DNA of 60,142 bases, from assembly GCA_032718475.1 (NCBI GenBank), contig JAUCBJ010000180.1, forward strand, positions 1 through 60,142, given 5' to 3'. This stretch comes from Nemertoderma westbladi (taxonomy: Eukaryota > Animalia > Xenacoelomorpha). Both the position numbers and the translations under genes were made by a program. Numbering within the stretch: the first letter of the stretch is position 1; every line of letters starts with the position of its first letter. The notes under the pieces were generated by a model. It searched no databases and had not been told where the DNA came from. It saw only the letters and a program-made list of their open reading frames with translations. Positions 24,230 through 36,793 of this stretch are shown one piece after another.

Positions 24230-26829
24230 ATGGACCCAAATCGCCAAATTATGGGCGAATTACGTAATACGATAGACCTACTGGAATATCTGCAACCTGG
24301 ATCCCCTAACTTTGATACGAATTGGAACGCCCTGATAAATGAGAATGTGCGAGTCGTTAAATTCACCGGGCGAGAGGGACCAGATTCCCGGAACCTACAA
24401 GAGCTCCGGTTGTCCGATGCAAGTATGAGACTGAAAAGAACTCGGAACGCAAAGGCAACCGGAGGGGACGAGTTGTCGTTCTGGGAAACGTTCCGACAAA
24501 GCGTCTACAAATCCCGATGTTTGATATACGACAATGAGGGAAACGCGACGCCCACCTCGAAAGCGATTACGTTGGCGCGATGTCAAAGTTTCGTCGACGA
24601 CAAGAGTACGTACCTCGCCCACTGGGGAAACCTGTCGGAGTGTACGGCGACGCTACGAGAGGAACGTGTATCGATCATCCAGAATCACGACGACTACCAG
24701 GAAAAGTACGGGGCGAAAGAATACGGTCGATCCTTGGTCGTCGTCCTCGGAACCCTGGATGGTTTGGTATTGGTGTGTCGAATATTCCCGACACCCAAAC
24801 AGGAAGTGCAGGCAGCCGGAGCGATCTGGTTACTACCTCCGGAAATCCAAAAGATCCTCTTCGACTTCGACGTCATTAAAATCGGGTCGGATATAAAAGC
24901 GGACGTCTGGAACGACTACGCGAATGCTCCTTTAGGAAGAGACCGTCGAGACGACCTCAACGCCCTTAGTCATAACATCGACACCCAAACGCTATTAGCC
25001 TGGTTACGATTCGCCGAATTTATGCGAGGATTTCGAGAGGTGAGACAGACGAAATCCGGGATCGGCTACCTCGCAGTGCTAAACGGTGGCATCGACTTCA
25101 AACCTCAGAAATTTCGGGATTATAATAAAATATATGGTGGATACCCGGGATTAGAAATAAAGAGCGAGCGGGAGGGTCGATGGAAGGACGTTGAGAGAAA
25201 GTGGACGATACACCAAAGGTGGGAGAATCCGGATCGACGGAACTACATCTACGTCGTTATGGAATCATACACTGTCGCTAAGTTTATCTGTAAAACTCTC
25301 GATAACCTCATTACAGCGGTTCCTCTTTCCTTTGTCGACTACGACTGGAACGAGGTTATAAACCACACATTCAAAGCGGTCGAGAATGTTACACCGGGCG
25401 AGACGAAAACGCTCGCCATTATCGATTCCTGGGACGAGAGCGGACCTTACAACATCCCTACGATTACCGATCTTCTCGGTGTGGAGGAGCCTTTGATTTC
25501 TTCGGGAGGGAAGAACTATGGCTACATGAGGGTGTTCTACTCTCCACCCCGAAGCGACAACTCGAGCCGGAAGCCGCTTACCAACCGGCCGCCAAACAGG
25601 TTGCCTCTGCCGAACCTGCGACAGAAGCGGGCATTTCAACCCCACTTGGCTCCGGTAGCCCTGCGAGGGAGTTAGTCACTACCTCCGCATTGAGCGACTT
25701 CGGCGACATTTGCCAAAGGTTATCCCCATATCCTTTCCCGGGAGGCGAAGACTGGTCTTCGGAGATTCCGAGTACCAGCACTCAACGGTCCCGCTCAGCG
25801 ATACTGGTTGAAAAGGGTCCCAGCGCCGCGCTGACTCCCGACGATCTCCTCGGAATCCCTCCGTCGAAAACCCCGGCACCTCTTCGCCGACCAGCGGTGG
25901 CAACTACACCCTCCGTTCCACAGGATCCTATGCGACTAACCCGATGGTACGCCAAGCAAACCGAATGGATCCACCGCCAGAAACGGTCGTCCGAGTTGAG
26001 ACCGGCAGGACATAAAGAAGGTTATCGGAGCGAGGACCTACTACGCAAAAGCCCAGCCTTCCATGGGCTACCGGCCACCGCGAATATTCAAAAGAGCGAC
26101 CGACGACTCGAGTATTACGTCGGCGTCCCGATTCCGATATTCCCCGGTCGAGAGATGCAGTTGGAGGTGTGCGGTAACTGCGGTTCGGAGCAGTGCCCAC
26201 GCGGTAGAAGAAATCGGGTTACCGATTCGTGCCTCCAGCTCCTCGGGATACTTTATTGCCCATACTGCGCGACATCGGGCCATGATGTTTCAGTCTGTCC
26301 GATCCTATATAACCTCTGCACTACATGCGCTTTCCATGGACATTCCGCTAGCCCCCGCTGCTATATAAAATGTCCTACAAAAGACATTACCGCTATGGGA
26401 AATATGGTCATGTTCGAAACATACGCAAACAGCCACATAAGGACCAAAGTGCGGAGAAACGTTCGGAATATCGCGCAGGAGATGGTGTGCGGGTATTTTT
26501 CCTTCCCGGAGCGCCTCCATACGACGGCAAAGCTACCTTTCCATTACATGGATCTGCTGCTGAGCGCCGGATTATTCGGCCCATTCGAAGTCCTTAGACG
26601 CTTATACTCGTATAAAGAGGAGTTCGGTGACGGAAAGTGGTTCCTTGAGGCGCGCAACACCGAGTTGGAAAGACGAACCGATATGATCCCGATGCCATCG
26701 AAAGGAAGAGCCGCCAGGAGACAAGCCAAAGCGTTGCTCACGATGGATGTTGACGCTCCCCTTCCAGCTCTAGCGATCGATGAGAGTCGACGGGCGAAGA
26801 GGAGAAAGGCGTATCAGAGAAAGAAATAG
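24230..26829 (+). CDS. Accessory ORF of element 1: DEDDy (WRN/EXD2-like) 3'-5' exonuclease plus zinc-knuckle cluster; one frameshift near 25490
   Basis: ExoI IYDNEG; ExoII LPPEIQKILFDFDVIKIGSDIKAD; IDTQ; GIGYLA..IDFK; ExoIII-like W...YVVME. Then CGNCGS..C, CPYCATSGHDVSVC, CTTCAFHGHSASPRC. The frame of ORF 25690..26829 is open back to ~25480. Confidence 0.8.
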
Positions 26830-26998
26830 TGGACCGGGATATTCCATGAACATTTATTGAACATTTATTTTTATACATATATAAATATATTAACTCTAGG
26901 CCAAATTAATCAAGACTATGCAATATTAAATTTGGGTTTTTTATATGGGAAATGACCTACGCAAACTCGATCTACCGATAGACCTTACGAAGGTCATT

Positions 26999-27020
26999 GG
27001 GGGGGGGGGGGGGGGGGGGG
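26999..27020 (+). promoter_or_regulatory. Polypurine tract of element 1
   Basis: 22 G followed by AC and then the LTR-initial TG at 27023. Confidence 0.85.
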
Positions 27021-27022
27021 AC

Positions 27023-28983
27023 TGTTTGCGGTATTTCAACTTTTCATAACGCGAGTTGAATATTTTTTGTATTTATTTAAAATGATTATTCCGATATCAC
27101 TACTGGGTGCGGGACCATGGGTTTTGGGGACATTCAATGGACTGGGGGCGATTTATGGGCGAACATTGGGGCGACTTACAGGGTACGGGACTAATTTCAT
27201 GTTTATAAGGGCCAGGGGTGGGAGGAAAAGTTAAGCAGTATTCAGGTTAGCCTGAGTACTATTAGGCCCTGGCCAACTTCCTGCTGCCTGTAGAGGTGGA
27301 TTTGGTAACGCGCCAGGCCTAAAGGACAAGGACTGCCCTTAGCGGTCCCTGGCCAACAGCAGTTATTACGAGCCTGAAAAGGACATCGGAAAGTCTGCTG
27401 CTGGTGTCAGGGATTTGCGACGGGAAACGACAGCCCCCTTAGCCAAGCCGTACTGGTTCTTGATGATCGTTCCCTTTGGGGTTCGTGAGGGGTGGGACGG
27501 ACATTCGACAGGGTCGGCCGACTAACAGAGGAAGGGTTTGACGAGGACTGCCCTTAGCGGTCTCTGGTCAACAGCAGTTATTACGAGCCTGAAAAGGACA
27601 TTGGAAAGTCTGCTGCTTGTGCCAGGGATTTGCGACGGGAACCGACGACAGACCCCTTAGCCAAGCCATACTGGTTCTCGATGTTCGTTCCCTTTGGGGT
27701 TCGTGAGGGGTGGGACGGACACGCGATGGGGTCGAAAGACAAAGGACTGGACTCTACTGGCCTACCGACTGTTCGGAGCAGTTTCTCGGCTGCCGAAGCG
27801 ACTACGAGCCTGAATAAGGACTCGGAAAGCCTAGGTGGTTGGGTCTCTGCGATGAACCGACGGACCCCTAGCCAAGCCGTACTGGTTCTCGATGATCGAT
27901 CCCTTCGGGGATCGGGAGGGGTGGGACGGACACGCGAACGGGTCCACCGACATGACAGACTCCTAGCCAAGCCGTACTGGTTCTCGATGATCGATCCCTT
28001 CGGGGTTCGGGAGGGGTGGGACGGACACGCAACAGGGTCGACCGACACCGACACTACGGCACCAAGACTAGGACCGAGGGAAAATCTGGGGAACATTAGT
28101 TAGGCTAAAATCTGAGCGAACAGTGGGTAATTAAATAATATACTATAGGGATTTATATTGTCGTGTATAATTATTGTGAATATTTGGTGTATATTGATTT
28201 GGGGAAGCCCAAAATTATTCTCAATCAGGATTGTAACAAGGTTCAGTGAGATTAGCTCAAGGTTCAACTGTAGGGAAGTTACATTAAAGAGTATATCCAA
28301 CCAATGCAGCTTTTCCTCAACCGCAATCTTGCATTTAGGAAATTATTCCTTCTCCACAATCAATATCCGGTGACTGGCCGGGATTCCGTGGTCTGAAAAA
28401 TTCCGCCTCCAGCATCGGCGTTTTCCCCCATGGTGTTGGGATAACGGCAACAAAATTGAGAATAATTCGCGGCCAACTTCAACTGGTGGAAGTTGGGAAT
28501 CCTACAATACTCTTCAAACTCTCTCAGTGCTTACCCAGCACCCACTACGAGGAAACTCTGGTATTTGAGTTAAGACAAAGCCGTGGTTTAATTAATCAAC
28601 AAACTCGATCTAACCAACTCGTAGTCGGCAGATCCCATATTTGGAGAGTTGTTAACAGGGAATGGAAGTATCGATCACACCCATTGATATAATCCAAGTT
28701 GAGCCAGGAATCTGGCACTTCGAGTACAAGGAACGAACGTCGGACGATTTAGGATTACCCTTCGGGTAGTCCAGGCTGAGTACAATACCTACGAGGAATT
28801 ATTTTACGACATCGCACATCTAGCTATCAACGAGGCGCTAGAATGACGACGAATAACGTATCCGATACCGATGAGATGGACCACCACACAGACTTGGAAG
28901 TCGACAAGGTACCGAACGTCAAGAACATGGCCCGTCGACTAGGTGCTCTCAAAGGCGGAGTCACTCGAGCATATCAACGTATA
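27023..28983 (+). repeat. Element 1 right repeat: 3' LTR, leader and first ~47 codons of gag, then an abrupt break
   Basis: Copy of 14318..16285; ends ...CAACGTATA with no terminal CA and no TSD. Confidence 0.9.
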
Positions 28984-31559
28984 AAAAATAATTGCTGTAA
29001 CGCGGTTGGGGGTAATGGGGGTACAAAAAATAGGTCGGCAATAGGGGCCAAAAAGGGCCAGAATTTGTAAAGTAGTTTTTATCGAATAACTTTTTATTTT
29101 TAACTTTAGTTGGTTAAGGTACATTCTATACAATCAATATCTATACGGGGAATTCAAATATGCTATCGGTTTTGCTCCAAGGATGATATTAAAAAAATGA
29201 GGGCCAAAATTATAATTTAGCGCTTCAAACTTGCTTCGCGGGAAATCGTATAGCTCGAAAACTACTTAACTTGCGGGAGATTTGTTTACACAGACTTATA
29301 GTGCGTTAAATTATCTATCTAACAGCGTTAATCACAGCGCCGGAGGTATTATAAAACTGGAGCGGCAGGCGATCGTGTGAAATATAATATTTATAAAAAG
29401 GGACGAAAAATTTTTTTTTTTAACAAAACGATATTCCATTATAATTTAGCGTATTGCGCCAAAAGTACCTGTAAAAAGTATCAAATTAACTCCGCTATCT
29501 TTTATCTTAACATATATAATTAAAATTACGAATTTTAAGGGTCGAAAAATATCGCGTTATTTTGGCCCTTTTTTTTAATTTTTTTGGGGCCAAAAATAAC
29601 CCCTTCTCAAAAGATTAAGAAAAAAATTACGGCAAAGAATATACCAATTTTATTGAATTAGGACCACCAGAACCGAAGTTAGAGCGATTTTAGGGAAAAA
29701 ATTGCAAAAAAGTTAAGAATGGTCAGGTCAATATTGGATTTCGAACCCGCGAACTTAGGTTTCATTAACGTGATTGATAACCACTAGACTTTGTGACCAA
29801 GTGAATTTGAAATTTTTGAGTGACTATTTTTAAACATAAATAACTTTGGTTCTACAGGGCCGTTTAATCTGAAACTTTTTTCATTGGATAGAGAATAGAT
29901 CGTAGTGTGTGAAATAGGATAAAACTTGGGAAAAGACTTATGTGCACTTAGTGCAAAATGCACTTAAATAGTGAACATTTTTTCGATATTTCAAACACTA
30001 TTATTTCCAGTTCTATTCATCGTAGAATGTTATTTTTTGGATTAAAATGTAGTTTGGAGTGATTTCTAACTATAATCGTAACATTTGTTTAACTTTTTAT
30101 GTCTATAAAGTGACTTAAAATGTCCATGAATATGGTCCAAAATCGCAAATCCAGATTTATTAAATTGGATTTTTGACACTTTTAGCGACTGACACTTGAT
30201 CATACACCATCGTAGATCGGTAGAGGATAAACATAAGTTTGTTAAATAAGAGCCACCATTACGATCTGCTAAAGTGCACTTGTACAAATAAGTGTGCAAA
30301 AGTGCAAATTTTTTAATAAGGTCAAATTATATAGTATTGGGTTCTTTTCTTTGCAGATACTTTATTTTCATATTAATATGTTGTTTGAACCTTACTGAGC
30401 GCATTAGGGGATATGCGTACAAATAACCGGCCCTTATGAGGCTTCGATTGGGTAAATTAATAAAACATAAGGTTGTATAGTATAATATTATAAAAACCAG
30501 TGTGATATTAAATGCACTTAAAACAATAAATAGAGATCAAACAACAAATGGACCACACAATTAAAAACTCGCACAATTTTGTACTTATTATATCGCTTCA
30601 AATTAATTTAACAGTGGATATTTGGGGGAAGGGGGAAGTTACAGTGTGCATTCGGGGGAAGTTTGGTGAACTGCATTTATGCAGTGAATCCAAACTTTCC
30701 CCTTTGATATATCATATACTTAAGACATGCTAGGGTGACGGGGAAATATTTGTTACTGTCACACTTTGCTTCCATTTATCCTATCCTTTATTATTACCCC
30801 AGTCAGATAAGAGATAATAATCAGTAAAAACTAAACTAAACTGTCTTTCATGCAAACAAATTTCTAACTAAAGACGGGTGAATGACCATGACCATGGAAA
30901 TAATTTAAAATATAATTGTATATCAACTATTTGGGGAGGCTTCCAAGTTAAACCCGAAAACAATTATTTTGTTACATATAGTAAATAACGTTGTATGTTC
31001 TTCTTCCTCTCATAATAAAATATAAATGAAATATCTCAGATCGCTATGCCCTGTAACATTTCACAACCAAAATATTTAAGTGTGAAAAGTGAAGGCCTAC
31101 CACACTCCGCCCAAACAACCGCAAACGCATAGCCAACAAATTCAACAAAAGGTTACATACATGTTGGGTTCATGACGAGATGAGTGAAAATTGATCGCGT
31201 AATATAAAGTAAAAAATTAAGAGACGGGCTGGCTCTCCTCCACTTTCTTACCCAATGGATATGTTGTTGTAATAATCTAATATTGGGGCGGCTTTCTCTC
31301 GTTTTATTTTATTTGAACATAATATTATAATTGTTCTAAAGTAGCAACCATTTAAAATCTCAAAAAATTTATTGAAAAAATGCTGCAAAATTAAAAAAAA
31401 AACGCCTCACACATCGGCTATGTAAAAGTGCCCCTTCAATATTACCCCTGTTTTATTGTTAACAACTGTTCTATTCCTATTAGCTATAAAAGTACAATTT
31501 TATTTGTTACACATTTATTAGCGGGATTATAACTATCTCTAATGCTGGGCTACGGCCAT

Positions 31560-31846
31560 AAAAGTTATTTTGCTAAAGTTAAATTAAAGTTATATTGGGG
31601 AAGCGACTCTTAAGCCAAGGAATGCCTGTTCACCACCATGGGTGATCTTCAACAGTAAACCCTTCCACTCTGTTTCCCAAGTTGCCTTGGTTCCCATTTA
31701 TCGACCACTGAAGGATGAAAGCCGGGGTTGGGCTAGGCTGCAGCATTTAAAGCACTGTGCCCAAACAGTGCTGCCCCATCTACGGATCGAACCCGGGCTC
31801 CCTAATCGGAAGCACAGGAATGTCACCACTAGACCAAGCTGCTGCT
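31560..31846 (-). mobile_element. tRNA-derived SINE with a Deu/Nin-like core
   Basis: Minus strand: A box TGGTCTAGTGG, B box GGTTCGATCC, then GGCTTTCATCCTTCAGTGGTCGATAAATGGGAACC (resembles the Deu/Nin core as I recall it) and a TAACTTT-type tail. Confidence 0.7.
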
Positions 31847-32950
31847 TGAATTTAAGAATTTAAGAATAAAATTACGTATTATATGTCAAAAAACGTAGGG
31901 CCTAGCACATTTTTTTCAATATTCTCTCGACCCTTTATTAATTTCGCTGGCGCTCGGCAAATAAAATAACTCGAGTATAGTGGATAAGTTGTAACTTTTA
32001 TTTTCCTAAGTACTAAATACTTAATTATACTAATAAAATGTATTTAATGTGAACAATACCATACCGTCTGTGGGTAATGGATACATGACTTGTCCACCAA
32101 AAATACTATTCAATTAATTCAGCCAATTTAGTTATATATCCAATTTGAAGTTTATGCAATATGTTACCCCTAGCGGCCAACATAAGGAAAATATAGAAAT
32201 TTTAGAAAGTAAACCATTTAAATAAGTTTGACATCAATTTTTATTAACAAATTCGGGTGATTTTTGATGATCGAATCTTACGGCGATTGGATGAATTAAG
32301 CCTAGAGCTATACAACACACATGACACAGTAATGTTTTACCTTGGAGCTTGGGTGTTATTATTCCCTTGGGCAAAATAACACCTATGCAATTAATGAATT
32401 AAAGTGAAACACACCGAAAATTTTCCAACTCCCTTGGGAAAAATAAATATAAACACCCCCAAAACTTTCCAAGCCCCATTTTGTACTCTCTTCCCCCAAA
32501 CAATGCCCTTTTAGAATCTGTAAATAGTTGTTAAGGGGCAAAAATAATCGAAATGCATACCATAATAAATGTGTAACAACTTACTTATTCCCCAGAAGTT
32601 AGTTAAACAACCCGAGGGCGAAGCCCGAGGGTGTTCCTGCCCAAGGGTTAAGCATAGAGCAATATAAATTTGTTATTAATAGAAATTGTTTCCAACTTTA
32701 TAACTACATGTAAAAATGGAAGCAGGACAATTCGGTCCCGGACAATTCGATCCCATTTATTTTGTGTTATGGGACCGAATTGTCCGGGACCAAATTAAAT
32801 TGGTACTATAATGGTGAATATTCTCAACCTTAGTATATATTTTTCTACGGTAACTAGTGTTTTTTTACTATAGTTATTCATTTAAAAATTCACTTTTTAT
32901 CCGCAAAATGCGGACATAAAAGACTTTTTTGTCCCCATATGCGGACAAAC

Positions 32951-35680
32951 CCGGATGCGGATACACCCCTTCCACAGATCCCCCCATACCTCCCACCCCG
33001 TCTCCTACGCCATCCACAGATCCCCCCATACTTCCCGCACCGCCTCCCACGCCATCCACAGATCCCCCCATACCTCCCACTCCGTCTCCTACACCAGCCA
33101 CAGACCCTCCTGTACTTCCCACTCCGTCTCCTACACCCTCCAAAGATCCTCCTGTATTTCCCACTCCGTCTCCTACACCATCCACAGATTCCCCCCATAC
33201 TTCCGACTCCGCCTCCCACACCCTCCAAAGATCCTCCTGTATTTCCCACTCCGTCTCCTACACCCTCCACAGATCCCCCCATACCTCCCACTCCGTCTCC
33301 TACACCATCCACAGATCCCCCCATCCTTCCGACTCCGCCTCCCACACCCTCCTAAGATCCTCCTGTACTTCCCACTCCGTCTCCCACACCCTCCACAGAT
33401 CCCCCCATACCTCCCACTCCGTCTCCCACACCCTCCAAAGATCCTCCTGTACTTCCCACTCCGTCTCCCACACCGTCCACAGATCCTCCTGTACTTCCCA
33501 CTCCGTCTCCCACACCGTCCACAGATCCTCCTGTACTTTCTCTCCGTCTCCCACACCCTCCAAAGATCCTCCTGTACTTCCCACTCCGTCTACTACACCC
33601 TCCACAGATCCCCCCATACCTCCCACTCCGTCTCCTACACCATCCACAGATCCCCCCATACTTCCGACTCCGACTCCCACACCCTCCAAAGATCCTCCTG
33701 TACTTCCCACTCCGTCTCCCACACCCTCCACAGATCCCCCATACCTCCCACTCCGTCTCCCACACCCTCCAAAGATCCTCCTGTACTTCCCACTCCGTAT
33801 CCCACACCGTCCACAGATCCTCCTGTACTTCCCATTCCGTCTCCCACACCGTCCACAGATCCTCCTGTACTTTCTCTCCGTCTCCCACACCCTCCAAAGA
33901 TCCTCCTGTACTTCCCACTCCGTCTACTACACCCTCAACAGATCCTCCTGTACTTCCCACTCCGTCTCCTACACCCTCCACAGATCCCCTCATACCTCCC
34001 ACTCCGTCTCCTACACCATCCACAGATACTCATGTACTTCCGACTCCGCCTCCCACACCCTCCAAAGATCCTCCTGTACTTCCCACTCCGTCTCCTACAC
34101 CCTCCACAGATCCCCCCATACCTCCCACTCCGTCTCCTACACCATCCACAGATCCTCATGTACTTCCGACTCCGCCTCCCACACCCTCCAAAAATCCTCC
34201 TGTACTTCCCACTCCGTCTCCTACACCCTCCACAGATACCCCATACCTCCCACTCCCTCTCCTACACCATCCACAGATCCTCATGTACTTCCGTCTCCAC
34301 CTCCCACACCCTCCAAAGATCCTCCTGTACTTCCGACTCCGCCTCCCACACCCTCCAAATATCCTCCTGTACTTCCCACTCCGTCTCCCACACCGTCCAC
34401 AGATCCTCCTGTACTTCCCACTCCGTCTCCTACACTCTCCACAGATCCCCCCATACCTCCCACTCCGTCTCCTACACCATCCACAGATCCCCCCATACTT
34501 CCCACACCGCCTCTTACACCCTCCAAAGATCCTCATGTACTTCCCACTCCGTCTCCCATACCGACCACAGATCCCCCATACTTCCCACTTCGCCTCCCAC
34601 ACCCTCCACAGATCTCCCATACCTCCCACTCCGCCTCGTACACCATCCACAGATCCCCCCCATACTTCCGACTCCGCCTCCCACACCCTCCAAAGATCAT
34701 CCTGTACTTCCCACTCCGTCTCCCACACCCTCCACAGATCCCCCCATACCTCCCACTCCGTCTCCCACACCCTCCAAAGATCCTCCTGTATTTCCCATTC
34801 CGTCTCCCACACCGTCCACAGAACATCCTGTACTTCCCACTCCGTCTCCCACACCGTCCACAGATCCTCCTGTACTTTTCACTCCGTCTCCCACACCCTC
34901 CAAAGATCCTCCTGTACTTCCCACTCCGTCTCCCACACCCTCCACAGATCCCCCCATACCTCCCACTCCGTCTCCCACACCCTCCAAAGATCCTCCTGTA
35001 TTTCCCATTCCGTCTCCCACACCGTCCACAGAACATCCTGTACTTCCCACTTCGCCTCCCACACCCTCCACAGATCCTCATGTACTTCCGACTCCTCCTC
35101 CCACACCCACCAAAGATCCTCCTGTACTTCCCACTCCGTCTCCCACGACCGTCCACAGATCCTCCCATACCTCCCACTCCGTCTCCTACACCATCCACAG
35201 ATCCCACCATACCTCCCACTCCGTCTCCCTCACCCTCCAAAGATCCTCCTGTACTTTTCACTCCGTCTCCCACACTCTCCACAGATCCCCCCATACCTCC
35301 CACTCCGTCTCCCACACCCTCCAAAGATCCTCCTGTACTTCCCATTCCGTCTCCCACACCGTCCACAGATCCTCCTGTACTTCCCACTCCGTCTCCCACA
35401 CCGTCCACAGATCCTCCTGTACTTTCCACTCCGTCTCTCACACCCTCCAAAGATCCTCCTGTACTTCCCACTCCTTCTCCTACACCCTCCACAGATCCCC
35501 CCATACCTCCCACTCCGTCTCCCACACCCTCCAAAGATCCTCCTGTACTTCCCATTCCGTTTCCCACACCGTCCGCAGATCCGCACACCGTCTCCTACAC
35601 CCTCCACAGATCCCCCCATACTTCCCACTCCGTCTCCTACACCATCCACAGATCCTCCTGTACTTTCCACTCCGTCTCCC
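32951..35680. repeat. 42-bp C-rich minisatellite, ~65 copies
   Basis: Unit ACAGATCCTCCTGTACTTCCCACTCCGTCTCCCACACCGTCC ([14 protein letters not shown]); frequent 1-2 bp indels shift the frame. Confidence 0.95.
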
Positions 35681-36711
35681 ACGGAAGCAGGACAATTCGG
35701 TCCTGGACAATTCGGTCCGGACAATTCGGTCCCGGGCAATTCGCTCCTGGACAATTCGGTTCTAAAACAAATTCGGTCCCATATTTATTTAGTGTTTGGG
35801 TTCAGATAGTTTCAGATATGATTTTTTCCAGTTTAATTTATGGTATACCTGCAGTATTCCAACACCGATCACCTTAATTAATATTGCTTTAATTATTTTA
35901 TTAAACTATTTACATACTTGTGTGTAAAGTAGCACTTTATTACATACTTGTGTGTAAATTAGCACTTTACAGTGTGATGATCCGAGTGGCTTTGTTACAC
36001 GAACGAACGTTAGTGAGTGAGTGAAAATAAAGCCACGAGGATCAGTACACTGTAAAGTACTTTGCAACAAGTATGTATGTAATTCTATTCCAAAATTGTA
36101 ACATTACGAAATGATTGTATATATATTATAAGTGATAGAAACTGCACAAATTAAATTAGTTGCTGTATAAATAATTGTAAAATTGATATAAATTATTAAT
36201 AAATAAGTTAGCTTATATTTAGGGTGGCGTTTGGAGCCATGTTATAATAATATAGCTGGGCCCTACTGGTTATTAATAGCTATACCCCGCCTACCGGTAG
36301 GTAATGCTCCCTTAGTGGGCAATACTTAACGCCGTCATGGGTTACCACGTAAACAATAACACCAAATGCAATAATAAATGTACAGGCCAATACAATGCTG
36401 TAATGTCCTCTAAAGTTGTAAAGTGCTAAATAACAACTCGCTGTTAATAACGGTGTTGAGTAATGTTACAATTTCAGAATGAAATCTATTACCTCGCACA
36501 TCTAAAATACAAGTAACATTATAAAATATAAAACAAAATTACAACTTACATTAGGTTGATTTACAGTTGTTAAGTTCTGGAACAGAAGGTTATTAGATGG
36601 AACAACACGGAACGTTGGTAACTGCGGGTAAATGTTTATAAACACTTTGTATCCGATCTTGTGTATCGTTGAACAATCTAAATATAATATAATAATATTA
36701 CAAATTGATTG

Positions 36712-36793
36712 TATCTCTCCTTGGACTCTGTCCTCGAGCAGAGAATCCGAGCCATAGCGCGGTGTGCGAGGATAGAAGGTTCTCCTTCACCCC
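36712..36793 (+). mobile_element. CRE-like (restriction-like endonuclease) non-LTR retrotransposon fragment, left half
   Basis: Translates HSAVCEDRRFSFTP up to the ACCCC TSD and continues in frame at 55785. Confidence 0.7.

Larger units (their letters stand above)
14318..28983 (+). mobile_element. BEL/Pao LTR retrotransposon (element 1) with accessory exonuclease-zinc knuckle ORF; ends in a second LTR plus truncated gag start
   Basis: Direct repeat starting TGTTTGCG at 14318 and 27023, poly-G PPT, and Gag-PR-RT-RH-IN order with BEL-type motifs. Confidence 0.95.

Noticed and set aside
24230-26829. Accessory ORF as an env gene
   Set aside because: No signal peptide, transmembrane segment or fusion-protein cysteine pattern; nuclease and knuckle motifs are present instead.
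29735-29800. tRNA-like sequence on the minus strand (AGTCTAGTGG...GGTTCGAAATCC)
   Set aside because: A and B boxes only, no convincing cloverleaf; probably a decayed SINE head, not a tRNA gene.
32929-35877. Long Pro/Thr/Ser mucin- or extensin-like ORFs (982 and 936 aa)
   Set aside because: All three forward frames are largely stop-free and the PTPS frame is broken by many 1-2 bp indels, as expected for a non-coding C-rich minisatellite.
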